Shown: positions 1 to 10,777 of the stretch, one piece after another
Layout of the letters: each line of letters starts with the position of its first letter
Position numbering within the stretch: position 1 is the stretch's first letter
Assembly: GCA_047495785.1 (NCBI GenBank)
Contig: JBLDXI010000032.1
Location: 2,232,001 to 2,296,000 of the forward strand
DNA: 64,000 nt
Source of the DNA: Lepidodermella squamata
Taxonomy: Eukaryota > Animalia > Gastrotricha
Direction of reading: 5' to 3'
Position numbers and translations under genes: made by a program
Notes under the pieces: generated by a model
Told to the model about the DNA's origin: nothing
Databases searched by the model: none
What the model saw: only the letters and a program-made list of their open reading frames with translations

Positions 1-2
1 CA

Positions 3-251
3 ACGAAATCAGCTCCCACTACGACAACTACAACGACTACAACGACTACGACAGCTGCGACAACTTCAACGCAATCCGCGACGACCAGAGTTTTGGATCG
101 AGTTGTTTCCACTCCGGCCTCGTGGAGCGCTAGTAACAGTAATAATTTGATAATTGCAGCTGCTGTCGAACGGAAATCTTCCGAGCCGGTGATAGCCCTT
201 ATGATTGCAACCGCCACTATTTGTCGACTGTTATGGAATAAGATCGCTTGA
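3..251 (+). CDS. 3' end of a Thr-rich (mucin-like stalk) protein with a hydrophobic C-terminus, possibly GPI-anchored; 5' part lies outside the window
   Basis: Frame 3 is open from the window edge: TKSAP(T)nAATTSTQSATT...EPVIALMIATATICRLLWNKIA, TGA at 249-251, followed by AT-rich UTR-like sequence. Confidence 0.55.
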   Translation, partial: TKSAPTTTTTTTTTTTTAATTSTQSATTRVLDRVVSTPASWSASNSNNLIIAAAVERKSSEPVIALMIATATICRLLWNKIA

Positions 252-1980
252 TTTTCTGCATGACGCTGAATTGAATTCTTCTCAAACAAGCTATTCAAGA
301 TAATTATAATTTTTTCAACTACTTTTTAGAAATATTGCACCGCTTTTTCACAATTTTTGGCTTTGGTTGCTTTTTTTACATTAAAAGGTTGAGGGCTGTT
401 ATTTAATTAGTTAAATTGATTGATATTACTATCTACAGCGCAGCCACTTTATACGAAGGTAAAAAAATCGCAAAATACAACAACAATTTCCCTCATTGAA
501 AAAAATTGGTCGACCAATATTTTTATCCCGAAATTTAAAAATTGAATAAAAATTAAGCCTAGGGTTTGATAATTTTACTGCTAATTTTACTCGATTTATT
601 GTCTTCAAGTACAAATTGGCGGCGCTTTAGTATATTACGAACGGCTAATAAAACATTTTTATTCGGTTTTCAGTTTTTTTGGAATTATCAGCCAACATAG
701 CCATTATCATCAAAAGTGGTAACAAAACATTTCTCAATTTTAGCGAAATCAATATTTTCAAAACCGGCCCCATTAAAGCACGGTTCCGCGTTTATAGTAT
801 TAGTTACAGGCTTATATATCCGGCCTCCACCTTAATATTACGAGCCCGCGATGAGTCATGTGCAACGCACTTTCGTCGCTTCAGGCCGAGAAGTGCGCGC
901 GCAAGTAAATTTATTAATATTATTATCACTCTACACACCGTCGCATAACACCTTTGTAATATAATAAAAATGCGCTGTACTCACTCTGCTGCCTATGCGT
1001 ATACTATTTATCCACATTATACAAGCCAGGCATGCTGCCGTGCGCCGACGATGATGATGATGCACGTTATTTGTGTTGTTGTCGTGTCTCGTCGTCGTCG
1101 TCGGTCGTTGTGTCGCTAGCCGGCTATATTCGCATATAGCCGCGTCGTAAAGGCTCGTCCTGTTGTGCGCATGCTTTGTATACCTGCCTGCCTATGCTTT
1201 TCACTACTACGAAATGTTTATGTGTGTGTGCGCGCGCACATGGACATACTATATTCAATTCTGCCCTACCTTCTACCTACACATATACGGCAGCGCTTGT
1301 GATTCACAATGAACCTCAGCCAAAATGCAGCCTAGTAGTACCGAACTTTGCATGTGTTGAACCGCGTTAAATTCAAGGCCAAACTTTTTAATTCAAAATA
1401 AGCCTCGATATCTATTGCTTGCGACAATTTTAATCTCTGTTATCTCTATATCATTTGGGCAATAAATTTCTGCGAAATTCTGGCCTTATCGCTGGCCGAG
1501 GGAGTTGATTAGGCCTGCGTTAATAAGTTGCGCAATCGATTTAGCAAAAATGTCACCTTAATAAAAATTAGGCGCGTTGCGCAACACCAAATTAGCATAT
1601 ATCAGCTAGAAACGAACATTCAATCATGTTTAGATCTTAATATATTTTAGCCAGATATTATTACCTACTCTCTGGTAATATTACAGATGTTTGTGCAATT
1701 ATTCTACTGAGGCATTTGGCAAAATTTGCATATAAAATAGCAAGTCATTCAAGCGTATTTACGGATTGCGAGTTTTAGCAACCGGGAAGCGCATAAACAC
1801 CAGCCACAACGATTAATTTCAAAATAAATGGCCCACATTCGCATTATGACTTGCGCCCACCTTAAAATTTAGAAATTTTCATGTTTTTTTCTTGAATTTA
1901 TAGGGACACAAAGGCGAGCAATATAATTTAAATACTCTCACCACATTCATTCGACAAAGGTTGTGATTAGCATTGTCGAC

Positions 1981-2221
1981 ATGGGTTTCTACGACGTCAG
2001 CTCAACTACAAACGTCTGCCTAGCACTGTCGGTAATCGTACTCGTGCTCCACATCGTCGGCTACTCAACTAACGGCTGGACGTATCACTCGATCAACGTG
2101 TGGAAAATCAAATTCGGCCTGTGGAAGTACGAAAAATGTACCGAGTACTCGTTCCAGTCAATCCAGCCCCTTGAGATTACCTGCTTCTGGGACTGGATTG
2201 AGGACACGGAAATAACAGAAA
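1981..2221 (+). CDS. Alternative first coding exon A (TM1+ECL1) of the claudin/PMP22-like gene
   Basis: MGFYDVSS...LALSVIVLVLHIVGYSTNGW...KFGLWKYEKC...C carries the claudin W-GLW-C-C signature. It ends at a phase-1 donor A|GTGAGT (2222), compatible with the shared exon at 3130. Confidence 0.7.
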
Positions 2222-2661
2222 GTGAGTTGAAATAAATTCTAAAATACCCTGGTACCACAATGGTACCGACTAACAGATGCTTTGCTATAGCGATTAAAAG
2301 TCGTAAAACTGCCTTATCGCAAGATAGACCGTCGGCTTGATGACTCAACAAGCCGACTATTTCTCGTTTCTGTATAGGCGACGTGATAAGATAAAAAAGG
2401 CCAATACCCCCACATACTTTTGCACTATATCGGCATTTCTATCCGTAATATTGTTCAATAGTATCGTATGAAGCAAAAATAAGCCCCGCTTTTACCATTT
2501 ACCATGCATTTCAAATAGGCTCGTGACGGCTGGCTAATTTTTTCAGTACATGATACTATATAGCAGCTTATACAACTATTATTTTTTGTAACACCCTGTA
2601 ATCCTCGCGTCATTATATTTTTATTGCTAGTCGCGATAATATAATACCAATCGCGATCACC

Positions 2662-4304
2662 ATGGCCGATTCGGAAAAAGGTTCCGATCGGTTGTTGAGC
2701 GATTCGACGTCGAACGCACCTGGCGGCCCGAAACCGGTCGCGTATCAACAGCCGCCGGTATTTTACCCGCCGAAAACCCTTAAAAACCGGTACCGCGATG
2801 ATGGTACCAGCGGGTTTTACTCGGTTTGCCGGCGATACAGTGTCCTGTTGGTGTGTGGCATTAGCTTACTGGCCCTTATGGTGCACATTTTCGGCTTTGC
2901 CACCGAAGGATGGGCCTATCATGATGTTCACATTTACAAGATGAAATTTGGCCTGTGGCGGTACACCCAGTGCTGGGACTACTCATTTTTAGGCGGAGCT
3001 ATGAACTGCTTTGACGATTATATGACAGAGAATGCTAAAGGAGGTCCGTAGTCTTTTTCCTATATTAATATTTTAAATTTCAAATTGAAATTTTGAAACA
3101 ATAATTTACATTAATTTTACCTGTTTCAGATTGGAAAATGGACATGAAAAATATCGGCAATTATCGAGTCTATATTACTGGATGGATCAAAGCGTCGCAA
3201 GCTCTCGAAAGTTTAGCTCTCATCGGCTACGTCATAACATGCGGTCTAATCATCGGCCACGTTTTCAGCTCAGAGGCTCGCGAAAATCGAAACGTGGAAA
3301 TCGCTTTCATCATCAGTTCATGCGTAACAAGTTAGTTTTACCAAATTTTTTGATCATTCGAATTTTTTAAATAGAAAATTTGGGTTTTATCAGCAAAATT
3401 TAAAAAGGTTCTACGACAACTGAGACCCGACAACCGAGAAAACGACAACTGAGACCGGACAACCGAGACCAAAATATAAATAAATAATTTTATTTTCGCT
3501 AACCGAGACACCGACAACCGAGACAAAATAATTCGATTTAATTATTAATTAAATCTCGGACAACCGAGACTCCGACAACCGAGACACCGACAACTGAGAC
3601 CAAATAATTATAATAAATTAAATTTTTAATAAAAGCCTAAATTGAAGCCGAATATTGAGCATATTCAGCATATTGAGACCCCAATCCAGCCCTAACCCTA
3701 ACCCTAACCCTAACCCTAACCCTAACCCTAAAACGTAAAGTATATGTGAGTAAGCCATTCCTTTGTAAATTTAATTTATTATAATTATTTGGTCTCAGTT
3801 GTCGGTGTCTCGGTTGTCGGAGTCTCGGTTGTCCGAGATTTAATTAATTATTAAATCGAATTATTTGGTCTCGGTTGTCGGTGTCTCGGTTAGCGAAAAT
3901 AAAATTATTTATTTATATTTTGGTCTCGGTTGTCCGGTCTCAGTTGTCGGATCTGAGTTGTCGTGGTCTCAGTTGTCGGAGTACGTTTAAAAACTATTTT
4001 CGGAATTTTAATTTTATTAAAAATTTTAAAATATTATTTGACGCATTAAAATGTATGATTTTTTTTTATAGTGCTATTGGCCCTAGTTGGTGCGATTACT
4101 TATGCTGTGAATATGATGGAGCGCTGCTGGTACAGTTCTGCCGATTGTAGTATGGGCTATTCTTTCGGACTGGTCATAGCCGGCTGTATACTATCACTGT
4201 GCGCAGCTTCGCTCAAGGTTCTCGAAATGGTCGGCATGTTCCGCGACTACGTTCAGCCGCCCGCGGTTTACGATCCCGCCCAAGTCTACAAGGCTGGCTA
4301 TTGA
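2662..4304 (+). CDS. Claudin/PMP22/EMP-family tetraspan protein, isoform B: join(2662-3043,3130-3330,4072-4304)
   Basis: GW...KFGLWRYTQC...C in ECL1, WIKASQAL before TM2, MGYSFGLVIAG before TM4. Four hydrophobic segments and phase-consistent GT-AG introns. Confidence 0.85.
3407..3985. mobile_element. Foldback/MITE-type non-autonomous DNA transposon with about 219-bp TIRs built of about 15-bp subrepeats and a telomeric-repeat core
   Basis: Arms 3407-3625 and 3767-3985 are near-perfect inverted repeats with CGACAAC(C/T)GAGAC units. Flanked by an 8-bp direct repeat TTTAAAAA (3399-3406, 3986-3993). Lies in a claudin-like gene intron. Confidence 0.9.
3690..3731. repeat. Interstitial telomeric repeat (CCCTAA)7
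   Basis: Seven perfect CCCTAA units in the spacer of the MITE. Confidence 0.97.
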
Positions 4305-4877
4305 AAATAATCCACAAAAAAAACGAAGTCTACCAAACTTTTTTACGCGCCCAAAAATTTATATAGAAAAATTTGTTAAAAAAATCCATTTTGTACAAAG
4401 ATGATTTCGAACGACTATATTACTCGCTCGTGTAAAATAATACTTATATATTTAGAGGAAACAAATGGCTATATTTTAGTTGCTAAAGCCTCTTGAACCT
4501 GTTCGGAGCAGTTGCGGTTGCGCGGACCACCACAGCAGCACGGTTGTGCAGGAATGTAAATAGCTTACATGTACACTCGATGAGCTGATAGAGTTTATTG
4601 TACAGTTCGATTTTATTCAAACTTTTATATAACTGCGAAATGTATAATGAGAAATCGCACCACCATTCTGCTATCCATATTTCTTTCGTTCGATATGAGT
4701 AACATCATCACTGTTTTTCGTGTCATTTTTTATTACTATATATGGAACGCAAAAATCGAGTCAATGAAAGAAAACGGAAGCGTTTGACGTTACTTGTTAT
4801 TACTTCATGTTCTGACTGCATTTTATTGCAATTTTATGCACAAGAAAAATCCGAATAAAACAACAGCGTTTTTACTA

Positions 4878-5340
4878 CTACTTGTTTTTCATCTCAAATT
4901 CAAGAAGGGCTCGCTTGATTTTACTGTCCGAAATTCCGCCGTACGTACCGTAAGAAACGTCATCAGTTGATTGCCGTTTTCGAGCTTCTGCGATTTTGTC
5001 GACCTGGGCCGATGGGACAACGCGGTGGCACGGGCGGAAGAGACAGAATGCATTTTTACGCATTATTTGCCCGACAGCGCGAGCGTATCGCCGGCCCTCG
5101 CCCGCCTTAACATCGCTGTTTGCCAACTCGGCCAACTTGGCGTAGGATACAATTTGACCAGCTGGAACTTGTGAGCGTAACGCTTGCCAAATCGAGAGCT
5201 CAAACTCGCTTTCTCCTGAAACATAGCGAAAAGGTGCTATGACTCATTGTAGTGTTTTTTTCATGTTATCACGAATAGAATGGCGGCGGATGAAAAACGC
5301 TGGTATGACCTTTCAACTATGAGAGCTTCCGTGGCGCAAT

Positions 5341-5380
<40 letters not shown>

Positions 5381-5867
5381 GACCCCACCCGGGAGCGATT
5401 ATTTTTCATTTTTTTTCATTTCATTTTATTTATTTTTAGTTTTCGAAGAATTTCAGATGATTACAGCTTTCAGCAATCAGTCTAACCCTGTGCTTTTATC
5501 CCCTAATTTATTTTCGAGAAAAGAAAAAAATATTTCGACTTCTACTGTCTCACCTTTTCGATATTTCTTGCAATAAGGCGGCATTTCTGGTAATTCACGC
5601 GACTTCTCGTAGAATTTTAGAGAGCTAAGCATAGCTGAAGCACTATAAATAAAAAATTATATCTGAAATATTGGTAATTTTCAAGACAAACATTTTGTCA
5701 TTTTCGTCGACAGTATTCTCAACTTTTTCAACCTTGTCGTCCAATTCGACCTTGATTTCATGGAGACCTTCAGAGCAGTAGGCGACATCGACTCGAAGGT
5801 GCGATTCGAGTGATAGCTTCAGAAAATATCTCAACTTCCGTAGTTTGCAAGATATTGCTTTCGACAT
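4878..5867 (-). CDS. MGMT: O6-methylguanine-DNA methyltransferase (3 exons: about 5867-5692, 5642-5554, 5215-4878)
   Basis: FELSIWQALRSQVPAGQIVSYAKLA...ARAVG...PCHRVV active site...YGG...KRALLEFE. Intron phases join into one open frame. Confidence 0.9.
5325..5397 (+). tRNA. tRNA-Asn (GTT)
   Basis: Acceptor stem GCTTCCG/CGGGAGC, A-box TGGCGCAATGG, anticodon loop CTGTTAA, T-loop GGTTCGA, oligo-T Pol III terminator from 5402. Confidence 0.97.
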
Positions 5868-5989
5868 TGTTAAAAACTAGAAACATCAATTTCAGCATTA
5901 TTTATTGTAAAAGCAATTGACCGGGCAGTTTTGCGAAGAAAAACGAAAAACATTTATTACTAAAATTGTCATTTCGAGGAAAAAATTGT

Positions 5990-7476
5990 TCAGTTCATCA
6001 CAATCTGCTTGACAGCGCGGTCTTTCAAGTTGATGAGGCCAACAGCCTTGGTTTTAGCGAAACTCGGCATTGAGACCATTAGGACACCCTTGCTTTTGTC
6101 GCTCGAAGCCGACGAAGGGTAATACCATTTTGAGCGAATTTTGTCCGACAAGTTGGCGCAAACGTATACGTGAGGAGCCTCCGTGATAACAAACGGATCT
6201 TTTTCGATCAAAGGATAGCATGCTAATAGGAAATAAAGACGATCAATTATTATTCGTAAAATTGAAGGAAACTCACAAAGCGTATCAGGTGCAGTCGGAG
6301 CAAGAAGGCGAATTTTGAGAGTTAGTTCCATCGCATCGAGTGGGTCTTCGATGTTTGAATACCGCATAATATCAGCAATGTTTTGACCCGATGTGACCAA
6401 GAATCGGATGCCATCAATAGTGAATGAATAAGGATTAGTAACCAAGCTGAGACCTCCGCCTCGGCAGGAATTCGGGAACATTGATCGAATAATCGGTTGT
6501 TGCGGCCAGAATAAATTAGCCGGGTCAGTCTCGCCCGGCATAATGTCTACGTTAACTGAACCCTAAAATGTCGGCTTCGTATAAATTTTCGAAACTTATT
6601 AAATTACGTACAGTGATGGAGGCGAGCTGGACGTCAAGTGCATTCATTGGTTCAACAGTAGGAACGGCGGCTTTTTTCGTTAAATATTTCGCCTTGTTGA
6701 GGTAATCGCGTTCGTGAACTGACTGACTGAGGGAGTTTCCGGCAATAATCACGCGGGTGACATCGCTAGACTGAACCATGCCTGGTAGCTTCATCTCCGA
6801 TAATGAAGAGCCGTTCAACCAGTCGCAAATCAAGTGAAAATGTGGTATATGGTCGCAGCTGTTGGTGGCGAATTCAAGCCCAGATACGAACATTAGATAT
6901 CTAGATATACAGAAGAAGTCAATGAAATCGATGAGAAATTGTTGGACAAAACTTGTCAGTGTGTGCAGACGGTACAGCAGGCGGGATATCGATATCAGGA
7001 AAAATTAGCTGTTCAACGATGAAATGACCACGGTTTGACTCGGCCTCATAGCCGTAGACAGCAACTGCAGCTCCTGATACTAGGTTGTTGGCATCAATAT
7101 CACCACCAAGCTGCACTTGCTGCAATTCATCCTCCAAAATCAGCCGGTCATTAGCACTGACGTAACGATCTCGAACGGGTTGTGCCTGGAACCCGTACTC
7201 CTCACCCAGCTCTTTCAGGATGTTTGGCTTGAGATCCATGTCTTTAAAGAGTGTGCCGATGAGAATACACTTGACACCGACAGTCAATTCATAAAGCTCA
7301 AATATCGGGACGTCGCTGCCAAACTGTTCCGCCACCTTCTTTTTAAGAACTTCTCGCAAGACAGTCAGTCGTTGAGAGCACAAGTGAGCGTATTGCTTCG
7401 TATAATCTCGACTGCTGACCAAATAACCATCAGAGGTATTCGAGTAGGTACTTGATACTCTTTCGACAGCTTCCAT
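5990..7476 (-). CDS. POLD2: DNA polymerase delta subunit 2 (4 coding exons)
   Basis: QYAHL, GTLFKDM.LKPNILKE, LILEDELQ, RVIIAGNS, VDIMPGETDPAN..WPQQP, VTNPY, TSGQN, APTAPDTL, DPFVI...PHVY motifs. Confidence 0.95.
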
Positions 7477-7760
7477 GTCGGTAATTCAAAATCAAACCTA
7501 TTTATTTTGAGATATTGCTTGATGAAAAGATTCATGACTCGTTAGAAGTAACTTCAGAAAAAAATCTACACTTCAGAAGTACTTGACTTACGATGCTTGG
7601 AACAATAACCGAGAGGGCTGAAAAACGCGCATACTTGAAAGGATCATAGTGCAAGCCACCGTCAGCTTTCTTTGTGCTTAGCCGTGAGGCCTGCCAGCTT
7701 TCTCTTTCAAGAGGCAATAGCGACTCGATCGAGCAAGAGAGATTTTCCAGGCTCCCAAAT

Positions 7761-7772
7761 TTACCCGCCAAA
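7761..7772. promoter_or_regulatory. E2F-like site upstream of POLD2
   Basis: TTACCCGCCAAA, one mismatch to TTTCCCGCCAAA. It lies upstream of a candidate 5'UTR intron (donor about 7591, acceptor about 7499) of a replication gene. Confidence 0.4.
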
Positions 7773-8561
7773 ACAATGCATTGTCAATTTATATATAGTA
7801 AGTTTTCAAATAATACTTTAATTTGTTGTTAATAGCATTTTCTATTTTTAAGTATACCTTAGCGACGTATATGTTGCTATGTGTTTTCCTGAGTTCTCGT
7901 GGCGTCGAAAATCCCACGCAAGCTAAGCTATCTCAGCTTCTGATTCCGTGCTGACTGCTGGTGGATATTATGCTCGCGTTGTTTTTATGTAGCTGCTGGT
8001 AGTCGTAAATTCCTTTTCTGGATGATTTTCCGAATATCCCGAGTTTCTGTTCACAGAAGGCTTGATGGCGAAAATTTCCGCTCGCGAATATTGTCTACCC
8101 CTCAGTTTAGGGTCTTCGCGAAAATTATCGCGTATACAGTAATTGATTTACTATTGAACGGAACAGCAATCTTAAACAGCCATACTTACTCGCCTGTTGG
8201 ATCATCACTGACGGCGGAGAAGTCAGTAGGAAGTACTCATCCGCATTTTTATGCGGTTCTGAATAGTCACGTTATGCAGCAATAACTGATCAGTTTCTTG
8301 ATATTGCGCCAATCACAGACTATAGCGTTTGTAGAGATGTTTTCATGATATAGCGATCCCAAGTTTAGCTGAAGTAATTTCTGATTCTTATCATCGATAT
8401 TTCATTTTGACGGGTTACAAGGTATAAACGTGCAGTACTTCCAAGAAGTTCAATGACCACGTCTGAAAAAGTGCCTTACTTTCGAGGAGCTGATTTCTGC
8501 TCAAATTATATTGCTTAGTTAAAATTTGGTAAATCATTGATTTGTCTAGAGAGATTTTCAA

Positions 8562-9738
8562 ATGCCATTTATCACATTCGAAAAGCCGAATTTGTGGGAT
8601 GAAGCCTGCTACGGTAAGAACTGATGATTTATGAAAATTTAAAGTAAATGAATAAATGAACTCATTTGCAGAGGTTCAGACGGGCAGCCTTGAAATTCCT
8701 CTACCGCCAGGCGGAATTAAATTTAATGCCTCAGTTCATTCGCCGGTATTTGCTGGTTACTCCTACCAGCAAATAAAAGTGAGTGACTCACCACTTATGG
8801 GGCATTTTGACTCGGCCCGCGCTCATCCAAGTACATATGGATATTCGATGGCCGTCATGACGAAAGATGAACCAGCCGCCAACGAATCAACCTCCAATAA
8901 AACAATCTCCCCGCCGAAGCAGATTCCTCCAACGGAATGTAAGTAAACTGATATTCCGTTTAGCGCAGTGCAATTTAGCCGCTGGTGATAATTTTTAGGT
9001 TCAGCGGTTTATTACTTGGTCAACTATGTTTTCCCAACAGTATCGACAGCTCTTGAGGCAATGCTTGTCCAAGCAAAGGCTGAAAAATGCTTCGAGCGTA
9101 AAAGGACACGATTTAATGCGTGTGATTTTCTGACTGAATATCTTTACAAAAACAACCCGTCGATTTCTGAAGAAGAGCGACAAAGAAGAGCAGATGTTTC
9201 GCTATTCGATATTCCGTTCGCTCGCGATTGGCTACAAGAACATCCGCGCAAACCCCTTCCTCTGTCGCTAATTTGGACAGAAGACCAAGCTGCAACAATT
9301 CTACAATCCGGCTGGAGAGGATATCTGGTTGGATTATACAGAAAACACTATTTCCTATATAACAAATTGCTTTTCCTAATTAGTTACGTCGTCAACCTGA
9401 AGTTCAAGAGCTTCGAAAGTGGCAGAGGGAGTGGCGGGAAGAGAATCGACGAGTGCTGGATGGAGAAATAGACAAATTATTTAGTCGAGCTCAAAGTCAA
9501 GCTAGCTCAGCTCAGGTATTTCTACTGATACCCATACTCGTTCTGTTAATACTTAATGTATTTTATACAGTCCCCTCGCAGTCGCCCTCCATCGAAACGC
9601 TTGTCTGCTCAACGGAATCGCAGTGCCAAGCGACAGCAGGTGCAGAGCACAACAAGTACCAGCGGTGGCGTAATCAGCGAAAACGGCAGCGGTAATGCTC
9701 AGCCAAATCCTCAAACACCGCAAACTCCATCACAATAA
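8562..9738 (+). CDS. IQCK: IQ motif-containing protein K
   Basis: YVFP...LEAML..AK..KCFERKRTRFNACDFLTEYLY..NP, LFDIPF, HPRKPLPLSLIWTEDQAATILQSGWRGYL (IQ motif), PEVQELRKWQ. Multi-exon. Confidence 0.88.
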
Positions 9739-10008
9739 GGCCATGGACAGTTGAAGTCTCGCATGCTTTATTTGTGAACACTCATTTTTCATTCATGTTT
9801 TGAGAAAAATATTTTTGATTTGATTTGTGTCACCAGTTAATACTTCGTGGCATCAGCAGATGTGAGAAAATAAAATATGAAAAACATCACAGAATTGCCA
9901 TAATATCAGTCAAAGATTTGCACAAAATAATGACTACCTAATAATAATCTAGCAAGCATGATGGCAGTAGCTATCACATTTCAAGCGGAGGAAAGTTGTC
10001 AAAATGCC

Positions 10009-10599
10009 TCAGTAATGATCGACAAGGTAACGGGCATTGAAAGCAGCACTTCGAAGGCGTTGATCATACAGAAATTTGAAGAATGGATAGGCGACATACT
10101 GAAACCAGTAGGCTCGAATCCCGGACGAAATTCTGATGTTCATCATGGTCCGAGGCTCTTGATGTGGCGACTTGGTTTCGTAAAACCAAATTTTGTACTT
10201 GAGCTGCAGCCAGCTGTCATCGACGAATTCGATCGTGCGCGGAGGATCATAGGTCGCCAGAACATGGACGTAGTAGAAATTACCTGAAATTCATATAAAG
10301 AATTATCCTAGGCCGGAGTCAAATCGAAAATGCTCACCTAAGAGAGGAATGTTGATAGTTTCACGGTATCTTTTGCCCTTTGTTTTCGGGCCTTCTTCAA
10401 CTTCGATGAAACCAGCTACGCCTGGGTACCATTCCGAGAATTTTTCCAAATCACCAATGATATTGAAAGCTTCTTGCTGAGTCTTGGATAACAAGACTTG
10501 CTTCTCAGCAACAACAAGGTCGGAGTTGGTTGAAAAACTGTAGAGCAACGCGAAAACGAGGGCGACAATAGAATACAGAACTAGTCGAACGCTGAGCAT
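10009..10599 (-). CDS. N-terminally anchored SRPBCC/START-like (polyketide cyclase-like) protein, 2 exons (about 10599-10338, 10284-10009)
   Basis: Hydrophobic N-terminus, then EAFNIIGDLEKFSEWYPGV...KGKRYRE...YDPPRTIEF, typical of the SRPBCC fold. One phase-1 GT-AG intron restores the frame to TGA at 10009-10011. Confidence 0.7.
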
Positions 10600-10777
10600 T
10601 TTTATGGCAATTAATTACTTCATAAAAATCTAAAAGCAAAAATAATTTTTGTCACATTTTATTCAAGTTAAAATTGCAAATATTGACTATTTTTGGTGTA
10701 ACACAGCTCGAATAATGGTAATGAATGAGATCACACACGAGATGCTGATAACTTAGTGTCTTTATAGACAATATTTT

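Noticed and set aside
780-1370. Coding or ncRNA gene in the GC-richer patch with (ATG)n/(GTC)n microsatellites
   Set aside because: No credible ORF or fold recognised. More likely promoter or 5' leader sequence of the claudin-like gene.
3690-3731. True chromosome end or assembly join at telomeric repeats
   Set aside because: Only 7 units, enclosed by TIRs within an intact gene's intron.
3407-3985. CRISPR-like array of short repeats
   Set aside because: Units are about 15 bp, mostly abutting without unique spacers, mirrored in inverted arms, and in a eukaryotic intron with no cas genes.
3338-4150. Twin ORFs MSVSRLAKIKLFIYIL on opposite strands
   Set aside because: Artefacts of translating the two inverted arms of the MITE.
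7499-7591. Trans-splice site in front of POLD2
   Set aside because: A good cis donor (GTAAGT about 7591, minus) can pair with this acceptor, so it is not evidence for trans-splicing. The same caveat applies to PDIA4 and IQCK.
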